This document shows, piece by piece, positions 47,836 through 60,300 of a stretch of 64,000 nt of DNA; the first letter of the stretch is position 1, and every line of letters starts with the position of its first letter. Where the stretch lies: NCBI GenBank assembly GCA_965655095.1, contig OZ296648.1, forward strand, positions 8,742,001 to 8,806,000, in the 5' to 3' direction. A program made the position numbers and the translations under genes. Under the pieces are notes generated by a model. That model was not told the origin of the DNA. It saw only the letters and a list, made by a program, of their open reading frames with translations, and made no database searches. This DNA comes from Haplodiscus bocki. Taxonomy: Eukaryota.

Positions 47836-50800
47836 TCGTTCAGAGCCTTGTTTTAAAATCAACTACGTGTGCCAAACTCTGCAGTTGTGTTCTTGCTTCT
47901 GACTTTGAATGGGGTTTTTGTTTTGACGTTAGTGCTTTCACAAAGTGGCATAAGTTGCGAAAAAATAGAGGAACATGTAGGTTTATATCTAACCGATGAC
48001 ACTGGGGTCGAAGTTGTATTTATACTTCTCGGCAGATCGGCATTGTCCGGTAGTGAGTGTTGTTTCTGCACTTGTCTGGTCAGGTAGTCGACCCTGTTGG
48101 GCCGCTGGCACACAACACTAAACATGTTTTCTGAAAGACTTCTTTTCGTCTGCCCCAACAAAATGAGCAAAAAGTCTTCGAGATCAGAATTAACCCTGCA
48201 GTTCAACTGCAATCGATTTCTTTTTTCACCCTCATTTCGTTTTCTAAATTATTTTCTTCACGATCAATCTTCATTCCAGTTGAAAACATTACAATATTAA
48301 GGTGATATCACTTGACATATCTTACTTCTCTTCAGTGGAATCAGCAGTTGCTATCTCATGCTTCCGGTAACGTTTTCGTGATTTGGGTTTCGATTAACTA
48401 CAGAGGAAAAGTTTGTTCCAGACATTTATATTAACAGTCCACCGAAATCTTTGCTGAACTTGCCAACCTTGGCATTGGCTGCTGTTCTTGACTACTGCTT
48501 CCTGCCCTCGGTTGCAATTACTACCGGAAGAAGGAGCACTTTCAGACGTGTCTGATTGGGCTTCTCGTTCTGCATTTTTGCTGGAAGAAAAGTGGAAAGC
48601 AGTCAGTGACTTACACCCTCATTTGAAATGATTTTTTGAGTTATTACAACTGATAAGAACCTTTACTTTTATTGCTTACGCAGTTCTGTCTGAGACACTG
48701 TCTCATCAGATGTGACGTTCCAAATTGTTAGTATCTGCTGTGTTCAGAAAAATCAAAATTGTCTCAATTACATCGAAAGAAAATTACTTACTACAAATCT
48801 CTAACCAATGCTACCTGTTTCCGTCGGATGCAGTGGTGAAACAATGTTTGAATTGCATGGCGTTGATAGAACGTCATTCTCTTCTTTTTCTTGACATATT
48901 TTTCAATTTTTTTCCAGGGTCTGCTCGCTGTATGTATTCATTCGATTCTTAATCTTTCATAAACATCAAAACCTTCCTTCGTACAAAGGAAAGCAAATTG
49001 ATGTGTACCGAAGTTCTAACCGGAAGTATCATTCTGGCTGTGAGACGGTGATAAGTCAATGCTGTAACTGTGCTGATTTGGTAGAAAGTCAATTGCGGGA
49101 TCGAGAACCACGTTAAAAATTAAAAATAAATATACTTTTCAATTCGTTAAACATCAGCTGACCAAAAGCTAAAAATCGACTCAACATCAATTAAAGACAA
49201 AAACAAGTCTAATAAGCGAAACAAAATGATTACCTGGGGTTGCTTTGACGATCTTCATCACCAGTTTTTCCTTCAAAATTGTTTGATGAATTTCATCTAC
49301 GCTACTTTCGTCTAGTACTTGCTCTCTTCTCCGGTTACTGATTTGTCCCTGCAAAAGAATGGCTTAAAACTCTCCCAGCTGGTTAAAATGGTTTGCCGAA
49401 GCAAAAGGCATCAGGAAGAACTTATAGAGTGCTTCAGTGTACGTTCCCAAAAAAACAACGAACAGTCCAGCTTGTGACTTCCTTTAGGAGAAACGGATTT
49501 TCCACAAACCTTTTTTGATATTTCCTAGAATAAGTTTCAAGTGGAAAGTCAATTCCTACAACCAAGTGTGCGAACTCCCCTTACCGTTTCATATCGGTCA
49601 ATAGTTTTGACACACAAGACCGCACTTTCTCCATCTGAGGCTCTAATTTTTTTGGGGATATCACGTAGCATGTTTCACAAGGAGAGAGCTTTCAAGTTTT
49701 CTGGAAAAGAAGTGTTGAGGTGGTTTCATAGTCCTGCATGTTGCTCAAAAAATTCTCGTGTACCAGATCCACTGCGAAACTCTTGAATTGATTCTACGAG
49801 CCATTAAAGCGCCACTGTTTTCGAGGTTTTTTTCCTATTAGCGTAGCACTAATAAAACATCACTTTTTGACTTCTGAACCGTAAAAGATAACAGAAAACA
49901 GGCTTTTTTTACAAGTTTGGCAATCAATCGAAAAATGCAACTTTTTGACATCATTTCACAGTGTTGAACTAGTTTAAGCAAAGGATCCGAGATTACCGGA
50001 TTTTGAGGATGCTTTTTCAAAATTTTTTTACAATGACTCATATGGATTTCAAACCACAATTAGGTGCCCCTGAGAAATTTTTAGCACCCAATGGATCTGA
50101 AGAATTTCCAAAAAACGAGGAGTAGTTACTCGTTTTTGAAAGTTTTATGGACAATACTTTTTCGGACCCTAGACACGCTTTTTGGGTGTGCCTAATTTAT
50201 AAAGTTTCACCCCTGAATAATGTTTTCTCTGAATAGAATTAACAAATGCTTTCAAACGTTGGCTCCAGTTCATCGGCTGGGTATTAAATAAAAAAAATAA
50301 GTTTTTTAGGTTCGTTTTTCAGTACTGAATTAGTTTACGTAAATCGTAAAAGTATCGAGAAAACGGATTTCGGCCACTGGTTTTGTCCCTCTTTTTTTTT
50401 CAATCTTGTATTTTTCATTCCGTATTCAGCAACCAATTACCCTTGGCAGCCTTGTTTTATCCATGGGTGTAGAAGATTTTCACAAAACCAAGACTGGTAA
50501 CTTGTTTTGAATGTTTTGGTGGCGTTACTTGTTGGGACCTGAGACACGCAATTCAGACATGGCTCCAAACAAAATTCTCCCTCCTGGAGCAAGTTCTTTT
50601 CAAGAAGTGCACCACGAAATGCCTTCATACGATAGCCGAGTCCTTGGGTTTGAGTCACATGCAAAAAACCAGTTACTTGTGGTCTTTCCATAGTATTGAA
50701 ATAGTTGACGTAAAACTTCCGGAAGACAGGTTTTGAACGCTGGTTTTGTCGGTAATTATCTTTCGTTTCTACTTTTTTGCGCATTTGTTTCTCAACCAAT

Positions 50801-51814
50801 TGCCTCGGGCGGCTTTTTACATGCATGGGCGTGATTGAATTCCAAAAAAAAACGAAGACTTCTGACTTGGTTTGAAAATTTTAAATGATTAAGGACCGGA
50901 GACGCAATGCAAACTTGCATGAAAGTCCACTTTTTATCGTCTGGTAAATGTCCGTTGTAGTTTTGCACGAAGTGTTTTCCTTGTTCCTCAGTTGTAGGAG
51001 AAAGAAACGAGCTGCAATCTTGACGCAGCTTTCAGTCAAGGGGCGGCATGTTCTTCCGCACTTCGCTCGTTTTTAAAGCAGATAATCCTCTTGTTTCTTA
51101 AAAAAAGGGGGGCTAATCTGAAGAAACATTCAGCATGGGGCTGAGAAAACCTAAATCATTAGTTTACAAAAGTATGAGTTAACGTCTTTCTCTACCCCGA
51201 TATAGAATTCGAGTTAATCCAAGATCACGTGCTCTTCCATTTCTGGTAGTTACCTGCATCTTAGATTTGGATAAACGTCGATTTCACCATTGCTGTCGGA
51301 AAATTTGTAGTTCGTATAGAACTGAAAACAAACAAGTGAAACATTTTTTCTTCACACGAAAAAAAAACAAAAGCTCTAACGCTCTTTGTTTTTGTTCGTT
51401 CGCTTTCTGGATCTGCGGGATGTTCCTGATCTGTTTTGTCAGCATTGCATTGCTTCATTTTTTGGAATAAATGGTCATGCATCTAAAATTGTCTTCAGAT
51501 CCATTGCCTGTGTCCTCTGAAGTCTGTGGACCCATGATTGTTTGATTGGCGGTTTCAACCCTGAAAACAATGAAATTTATTTTACCCATTGAGAAAAGCC
51601 TGAAATGAAAATTTTTGTTGACCTACATTTTCTGCTCAGTATAATTGGCATGTTTCTTGACTTGTTTGCTGGCCATCCCACTAAACAAAGAATGATCAGT
51701 CAAATAGGGACGTCGTTTTTCCTTGCCTGGTTCTGGAGCTGTTTCCGTACGAAAATCAGAAACGAAAACCTAATTTTTTCACTAACCCATGTGTATTCCA
51801 CCATGCGTGATTTC

Positions 51815-52980
51815 ATGCGTCCTGTTTCCGCTGTTTGTTTGTTCACAGCACTTTGGTGCCTTGCACCTGTTATGGCCTAGGCTTTGTCCACCACTTGCTA
51901 GATGGCAGGTTCACTGATTTTCTGCGCTCAAATGGAACACATCTGCTTCCTGTTGTGGTTCGTTGGGAACCTCAAGCTTCATCTAATTTTGGTTTTGAGA
52001 TGTCTGCCCCAGTTCTTAAGGTTGATTGGTGAATCGCTGCGCTCCTTCTCGTAACTTTTGTTTAAGACGAAACCCGAGGGCTGATTTTTGCGGTTTGTTC
52101 CATATTTACGAAACGAAAGTAGATTTGCTTTTCCTCCCAATTAAGTTCAAGAGTCTTGAAGCCGAACGAAGTGAAAAACTTGTTGAACTTCATTTTTGAA
52201 TAAGTCGCTGGATGACGTGTATGCGAGTCTTTCCCTTTAATAAAATGAACCTAATCGGCTACTCTATGGTTTTTCCAGGAGAAATGTAGTGGATTCTTTC
52301 AAATGCACAGCCTCAGTTACTTGAAATTCTCTGAACAGAAAGAAGTAACTTCTTCCTATGAATTTTCGCTTTAGGTGCCAGGGGCATTACAAAGTCTTTG
52401 TCTTATCTATCTCGGAACAGTTGACCAAGATGTTCGTGCGTCAAGTAGGTGGTGGAGTGAGACGACACGCATTGCGAAAAACTCTGATCCCAAATAAACA
52501 GCAGGACAAGTTTCGTACTTGTCATTCAAGTTTTTTTTCAAGTAGTCTGCTTCCGGCAGTAGTTTCTCTGCTTTTCTGAATATCACTTTTTTGACCTCAT
52601 TGAAGGCCTCCGCAGTAGGGAGTTCCCCAAAGTACAAGAATGTCTGAGCCTGTTGCCGCTTGTTGGATGCCTTGCAGATAGTTTCCTTGAAGTTCCCAAT
52701 ATTTTTTTATCATTTGTGGCGTCGAGGTATTTGTTCGGTCCACTAGAACCATTTTCAGTCAGGAAGTCTATGAAATCGATCAATCCTTGACACACTTTCT
52801 TGTTCGACTTTGGAGCCGATATGTGGCGCAACTCACTTATGAAGTGGGAAGAAGAGGCATAACCGTGAAACCATTTGTTGTCAGCAGGCCCTCTAATCCG
52901 CCGAACGTTCAAGTGAAGGAATATCTCATTGTACTTTGCGCAACTGCGTTCGAAGTACGGCCGGTATATCTTCAAGTACT
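51815..52980 (-). pseudogene. YR-like region, copy 7
   Basis: Homologous to copy 1; reads GHNRCKAPKCCEQ. Confidence 0.6.
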
Positions 52981-54349
52981 CGTTAAGAGCATTGTCAAAA
53001 TCAGCTACGTGTGCCACACTCTGCAGCTTTGCTCTCGCTCCTGAAATTGAATAGGTTTTTTTTTGTTTTGACGTTAGTACTTTCCCAACAATGCACATAA
53101 GTTGCGCAAACATACAGGAACATGTTGGCTGGTATCTAAACGATGACACTGGGGTCGAAGTTGTTTTTGTACTTCTCTTGGATGTTCGGCCTTGTCCGGT
53201 AGGGAGTGTTGGTTCTGCATTTATCTGGTCAGGTACTCGAGCCTGATGGGCCAGTGGCGCACAACATTAAACATGTTTTCTGAAGCAGACTTTTTTTCGT
53301 CTGCTCCATCAAAACGAGCAATAATTTTTTGAGATCAGAACTAACCTTGCCATTCAACTTTAATCGATTTCTCTTTTCAATTTCATTTCGTTTTCTAAAT
53401 CATTTTTTCGCGTTCAATCTTCATTCCAGTTGAAGACATTACATTATTAAGGTGATATAAATTGACATATCCTACTTATTTTCTGTGGAATCAGCAGTTG
53501 CTATCTCATGCTTCCGGTCACGCTTTCGTGGTTTGGGTTCCGAGTAACTACCGAGGAAGAGTTTGTTCCAGACATTTGAAAAACATTCCACCAAAATCCT
53601 TGCTCAACTTCCCAACCTTGGCATTGGCTGCTGGTCTTGACTACTGCTCCCTGCCCCTCTGTTTCTATTAGTTCCTGAACAAGGATCACTTTCAGACGAG
53701 TCTGATAGGACTTCTCGTTCTGTATTTTTGCTGGAAGAAAATTGGAAAGCAGTCAGTGACTTAAACCCTCATTTGAAATGATTTTTTGATTCTTTTTGTT
53801 GCTTACGCAGTTCTGTCTGGGACTCTGTCTCATCAGATGTCACGTTCCCTGTGGATATCGATCTATCTGTATCTTCTGCGGAGGAACTGTAAACTATGCA
53901 TGTACTAAGTTGTGCTCCCACGATCTTTTTCTCGATCACTTCCTAAAGAAAGATAAATTTTCAAAAAAGGTTTCTATTGAAAAACTCCTGGCAGAAATTG
54001 ATTGATTTTTTTTGAACACTTTGGAGTTGCTTGTGGTTGCTCGTTTCGTTGTTTTCTTTTTTCCAGTCGAATACGAAATTGATTTCAAAAAGTGGAGCAA
54101 CAGTTCAGCAGTTGATAGGAATCGATTTTCTACCTTTGAAGGATTTCTGGATTATCTGAAAATGAAGTGTCTCCTCAGATGTGGTTGGTTCCTTTCGTAC
54201 TCCAATGGACTTACTGTAGGAATATATGTTTTGAGTTTCCCATGCGTTTTCTTACTATGGCAACATATTCTAATAGTTTAAATTTTCTGCGGATTTTTGG
54301 GAAACACTCAAATGTGAATTTTGCGCAAGTCACTAACTTCATTGAAGAC

Positions 54350-57300
54350 TTCTTGAACATGTTTCAATTCACTTTCGTTTCTATTAGGTAACAAACAAAC
54401 AGAATTTAGAAAATTGCACAAATTCTCGGCCAAAGAGTCATCGTATTATCAGACATGGAGTTTTCAGAGGAAGCAAGTTGATCTTCGGTGTCCGTGTAAT
54501 CTTCCTCATCTGTGGTTTGCTGGTAAGCAAAACACTCCGTTTGGCCGACATCTTTTTTTCCCGACTTTCTGGAAGTTTGTGGCCCTAGGAAGCAACTGTA
54601 TCCCATAAATAAAATTTAGGAAAACGAATTGAAATCTATCTTTTGGAGTTCCTCCTCAAAGTTGAAAGATTCGGTTTGTCGAGCATTCGTTCCCTGTTTT
54701 CTGGGGAAATTTGAAACACCTTTGGGTTTTCTTCCACGGCGTCTTCCATTTCTGTTTCCGATGTCGTGTTGATGACATGGTGTAAGTTTTAGATTTGATC
54801 AAGTTTCTGGTCTCCTAAGTTTTCTCTTTTTCGCGGTTGTCCCTGCAATTTTTCGTATCTGCTCTTTTCAGGAAAATCAAAATTGTCTCAAATAAATCGA
54901 AAGAAAATTACTTACAACAAATCTACTACCAATGCTACTTGTTTCCGTCTGATGCAGTGACGGAACAATGTTTGAATTGCATAGCGTTGATAGAACGTCT
55001 TTCTCTTCTATTTCATGACATATTTTTGATTATTTTCCAGGGTCTGCTCTCTGTATGTGTTCATTCAATTCTGCATTTTTCATGAACATCAGAAAAGTTT
55101 TTCGTACAGAGGAGAGGAAAACGATGTATACCGATTTTCTAGCCGGAAGCTATCATTCTCTATGAGTGAGTTTCAGGCTGATCGTTGAAATGGTTTTTTC
55201 TCACTTCTTGAAAGACAAAATCGCGAAACGTGTGGTTTTCCCAATGTCTGATGTTAAAGACACGTTCGTGAAATGTGAATGTTCTAATAACCTGTCTGAT
55301 AGTGTGCTATAAAATGCTACGTTTCTATATTCATGGAGACTATTAGGTATGAATGCCGCAAGAAGCGTGGTTTTTGAAAACTAGTGTTCATGGATGTCAA
55401 TTTCGGTCCGACCATTTCAGCAACTATTGGTTAGTTCTTCTGAAAAGTCAGTAGAAGGGAGTTCTCTGGAATTGGCCGAATGTTTCAAAAAGACGTCTTC
55501 TGATTACTAGAATGGCTATGGACTTTCAGTTCTATTTAAAAATGACGCTAAGGCGCCTAGGATATTACAGAAGTTTCTTGGGCGAATTGGTTCCATTCTA
55601 ATTTTTTTTGGTTGTATCAATGTTTTGGAGCATTCGCCAATTTAGTTCAATTTTAGACTTTACTTTGTTTGAAATCAATACGGAGCACAATTGTTCGAGC
55701 TGATGCTTAACGAACTCGGCATAGAGTCACAATCATCATTGTACCGAGCAATACAAAATGCGCGAGGACAAAAGCATGGAAGGATCAAAAAACAGAGAAA
55801 AAGGCTATGTTGGTAGAAGTGGCCACGAGGAGGGAGAATTACGTAAGAAACTGAGGTAATGCCTGTTGTTGTGAAGACAATCCATTGAACATATCAACAT
55901 TCACAGTAGTATCCAAGCCGTTCTGCTCAACTACATAGGGGTTCAAACCGCCCAATTAAGTAAAACCGGCAGCATTTAAATGGCGTGATAACCATTACAC
56001 CAACAGGACCCTCACTTAGGTAGAAAAAATATAAATTTTGAAGACTTGGGTTTTTGGCCTAGTACCATACTGTACCAACTCATGCGTTTATTTTAACGTA
56101 AAAACTAACTTCATCAAGATGAAAGCTAGCTCTTCCATAGCCCAGTTTGCAAATAAGTTTTTTTGCTTAATGTTGTCAGGGTAACTTTTGGGAATATCAG
56201 TGGTTTCTTCGCGCAACTCTTGATTCGAGCTCGCAAATTTCGCCCATTGGTTGTGATTGTTTGTAAAGTTTGCTCTCTTGCTTTGGGAGTGCACCTTAGT
56301 GTTGGTTTTTACGGAGCCTTCTATTATTTTATCGCTCTTCTGGGTCTTTCGGTAGTCAGTTTATGCTCTGGTGGGAGACTGCGAAACTACTTTCTTCTCG
56401 GATGAAGATAGTTTATTGTTCTACTTACATCCAGTTTCGGTAACTTTTGTCAGTCTTTTTAGTCCCCGCATTTTTACCAGAATTTGCCACTGGATTTGAA
56501 TGGGCTTCACTTCACCGCGCTTTTCGTTTGCTGAACTGAATTTTTGTTGGGAAAATGCTATTATCCCAGCAACTTCCAATGCATGGTTGTTGCCAAAGGC
56601 AAGCAAGTTTGCAAAGGTCACCTCTACAACTGTGAAGGAAAAATGACTGTCTCTACCATTAACCGCTCTGAAATTCTGGTTTAAGTGGCCGAAGTTCGAC
56701 ATCTGTCGACGGTGAAGGACTTTTTGAATTTTCTTATGTCTTCAATCTAACGCGGACCCAGCAATTTTGTTTTGGAAAGGTCCCAGTAGTTGTCATGGTT
56801 GCTCTCATTGTCTTCCGGGTTGAATATTTAGGTTAATTTCTCTTTTTTGTGTCCTTCGATAGGAGTTGTCCTGTTCGGCGCTCCATTTTTTGCATTGTAC
56901 TTCTCATGACTGTGGGCAATCAGTTCTTTTCCTTTATCGGCCAAGATATATTAACAACAACTCTAAAACGACAACATGTGAAGACTTTTCTTTCAAATTA
57001 ACTGAGTTGCCAAGAGATCGAATTGATTTCCCGGAATGAGATTCATTTCAAATTTTCACTTCTAGAATACTAATTTGAAATGAGTGGAGAAATTATGAAC
57101 AAACTTCTTATCAATAAAGATCGCAACTTCGACACATTTTTTTGAGTGGATGGAAAAACATTGTAGTAAAAGGCATAGTAAATATCAGAACTTGTCTTGA
57201 TCTGTATCGAGTGGGACTTAGTTGGGCTCAGCAAGAAAAATAGAAAGCCTGAACTCATTTTTATGCGCTCTGAACTTCTGGTTCCTTTCTCTTCGATTTG

Positions 57301-60300
57301 TCCCTTAAGTAGTATTTGCTTTGAACATAATTTAATTCACTTTCGCTTCTACTAGGGAAGAAACAAACAGAATTTAGAAAATTGCAGAAATTCTTGGCCA
57401 AAGATGCCTCGTATTATCAGACATGGAGTTTTCAGAGGCAGCAAGTTGATCTTCGGTGTCCTTGTAATCTTCGTCATCTGTGGTTGGCTGGTAAGCAAAG
57501 CACTCCGTTTGGCAGGCATTTTATTTTTCTACGACTTCCTGGAAATTTGTAGCCTGAGGAAGCAACTGAATCCTATAAGTATATTTTAGGTAAACGAATT
57601 CGAATGTATCTTTTGGGGTTCCTCCTCAAAGTTGAAAAGTTTGGTTTGTCGAGCATTCGTTCCCTGTTTTCTGGGGAAGTTGAAACACTTTTGGGTTTTC
57701 TTCCACGGCGTCTTCCATTTCTGTTTCCGATGTCGTGTTGTTGACATGGCGTCAGTTTTAGATTTGATCTAGATTCTGGTCTCCTAAGTTTTCTCTTTTT
57801 CGCGGTTGTCCCTCCAATTTTTCGTATCTGCTCTTTTCAGGAAAATCAAAATTGTCTCAAATAAATCGAAAGAAAATTACTTACAACAAATCTGCTACCA
57901 ATGCTACTTGTTTCCGTCTGATGCAGTGGTGAAACAATGTTTGAATTGCATAGCGTTGACAGAACGTCATTCTCTTCTTTTTCTTGACATATTTTCGATT
58001 TTTTTCCAGGGTCTGCTCGCTGTATGTATTCATTCGATTGTGCATTTTTCTTATACATCAAAAAATTCTCACGTACAGAGGAGAGAAAATTGATGTATAC
58101 CGAAGTTCTAACCGGAAGCTATCTTTCTCTATGGGTGAGTTTCATGCTGATCGTTAAAATGGTTTTATTCTCACTTCTTGAAAGACAAAATAGCAAAACG
58201 AGTGGTTTTCCCGATGTCTGATATCAAAGACACGTTCATAAAATGTGAAAGTTCTCCTAATAACCTGTCTGATAGTGTGCTATAAAATGCTACATTTCTA
58301 TATTCATGGAGAATATTAGGTATAAATGCCGAAAGAAGCGTGGTTTTTGAAAACTAGTGTTCATGGATGTCAATTTCGGTCCGACCATTTCAGCAACTAT
58401 TGGTTAGTTCTTCTGAAAAATCAGTAGAAGGGAGTTCTCTGGAATCGCCCGAATGTTTCAGAAAGACGTCTTCTGATTACTAGAATGGCTATGGACTTTC
58501 AGTTCTATTTAAAAATGACGCTAAGGCGCCTAGGATATTACAGAAGTTTCTTGGGCGAAATGGTTCCACTCTAAATTTTTTTGGTTGAATCAATTTTTGG
58601 AGCATTCGCCAATTTAGTTCAATTTCAGACTTTACTTTGTTTGAAATCAATACGGAGCACAATTGTTCGAGCTGATGCTTAACGAACTCGGCATAGAGTC
58701 ACAATCATCATTGTACCGAGCAATAGAAAATACGCGAGGACAAAAGCATGGAAGGATCAAAAAACAGAGAAAAAGGTTATGTTGGTAGAAGTGGCCACGA
58801 GGAGGGAGAATTACTTAAGAAACTGAGGTAATGCCTGTTTTTGTGAAGACAATCCATTGAACATATCAACATTCACAGTAGTATCCAAGCCGTTCTGCTC
58901 AACTACATAGGGGTTCAAACCGCCAATTAAGTAAAACCGGCAGCATTCAAATGGCGTGATAACCATTACACCAACATGACCCTCAATTAGGTAGAAAAAA
59001 TATAAATGTTGAAGACTTGGGTTTTTGGCCTAGTACCATACTGTACCAACTCATGCGTTTATTTTAACGTAAAAACTAACTTCATCAAGATGAAAGCTAG
59101 CTCTTCCATAGCCCAGTTTGCAAATAAGTTTTTTTGCCTAATGTTGTCAGGGTAACTTTTGGGAATATCAGTGGTTTCTTTGCGCAACTCTTGATTCGAG
59201 CTCGCAAATTTCGCCCATTGGTTGTGATTGTTTGTAAAGTTTGCTCTTTTGCTTTGGAAGTGCACCTTAGTGTTGGTTTTTACGGAGCCTTCTATTATTT
59301 TATCGCTCTTCTGGGTCTTTCGACAGTCAGTTTATGCTCTAGTGGGAGTCTGCGAAACTACTTTCTTCTCGGATGAAGATAGTGTATTGTTCTACTTACA
59401 TCCAGTACCGGTAACTTTTGTCAGTCTTTTTAGTCCCCGCATTTTTACCAGAATTTGCCACTGGATTTGAATGGGCTTCACTTTACCGCCCTTTTCGTTT
59501 GCTGAACTGAATTTTTGTTGGGAAAATGCTATTATCCCAGCAACTTCCAATGCATGGTTGTTGCCAAAGGCAAGCAAGGTTGCAAAGGTCACCTCTACAA
59601 CTGTGAAGGAAAAATGACTGTCTCTACCATTAACCGCTCTGAAATTCTGGTGTAAGTGGCCGAAGTTCGACATCTGTCGACGGTGAAGGACTTTTTGAAT
59701 TTTCTTATGTCTTCAATCTAACGCGGGCCCAGCAATTTTGTTTTGGAAAGGTCCCAGTAGTTGTCATGGTTGGTCTCCTTGTCTTCCGGGGTGAATATTT
59801 AGGTTAATTTCTCTTTTTTGTGTCCTTGGATAGGGGTTGTCCTGTTCGGCACTCCTTTTTTTGCATTGTACTTCTCATGACTGTGGGCAATCAGTTCTTT
59901 TCCTTTATCGGCCAAGATATATTAACAACAACTCTAAAACGACAACATGTGAAGACTTTTCTTTCAAATTAACTGAGTTGCCAAGAGATCGAATTGATTT
60001 CCCGGAATGAGATTCATTTCAAATTTTCACTTCTAGAATACTAATTTGAAATGAGTGAAGAAGTTATGAACAAACTTCTTATCAATAAAGATCGCAACTT
60101 CGACACATTTTTTTGAGTGGATGGAAAAACATTCTAGTAAAAGGCATAGTAAATATCAGAACTTGTCTTGATCTGTATCGAGTGGGACTTAGTTGGGCTC
60201 AGCAAGAAAAATAGAATGCCTGAACTCATGTTTTTGCGCTCTGAACTTCTAGTTCCTTTCTCTTCCATTTGTCCCTTAAGTAGTATTTGCTTTGAACATG

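Larger units (their letters stand above)
18662..55160 (-). repeat. Head-to-tail tandem array of 7 copies of a decayed tyrosine-recombinase-like element
   Basis: The marker (a/t)tgggcc..tggc.cacaaca occurs at 20801, 27550, 33116, 38359, 43451, 48097 and 53246 (periods 6749, 5566, 5243, 5092, 4646, 5149). Orientation is the same throughout and copies differ by internal deletions. Confidence 0.97.

Noticed and set aside
55140-55170. Junction tatcattctc as an att site or true terminus of the YR element
   Set aside because: In long units the - strand frame (DPAIDFLPNQ…SYSENDSIRLELRYT, ~22720-22825) reads through this point, so it looks like a truncation breakpoint. The left array end at 18662 shows no matching site.
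55935-56011. Functional tRNA gene
   Set aside because: The acceptor and anticodon stems do not pair and the T-loop is TTT rather than TTC; kept only as a tRNA-derived relic.
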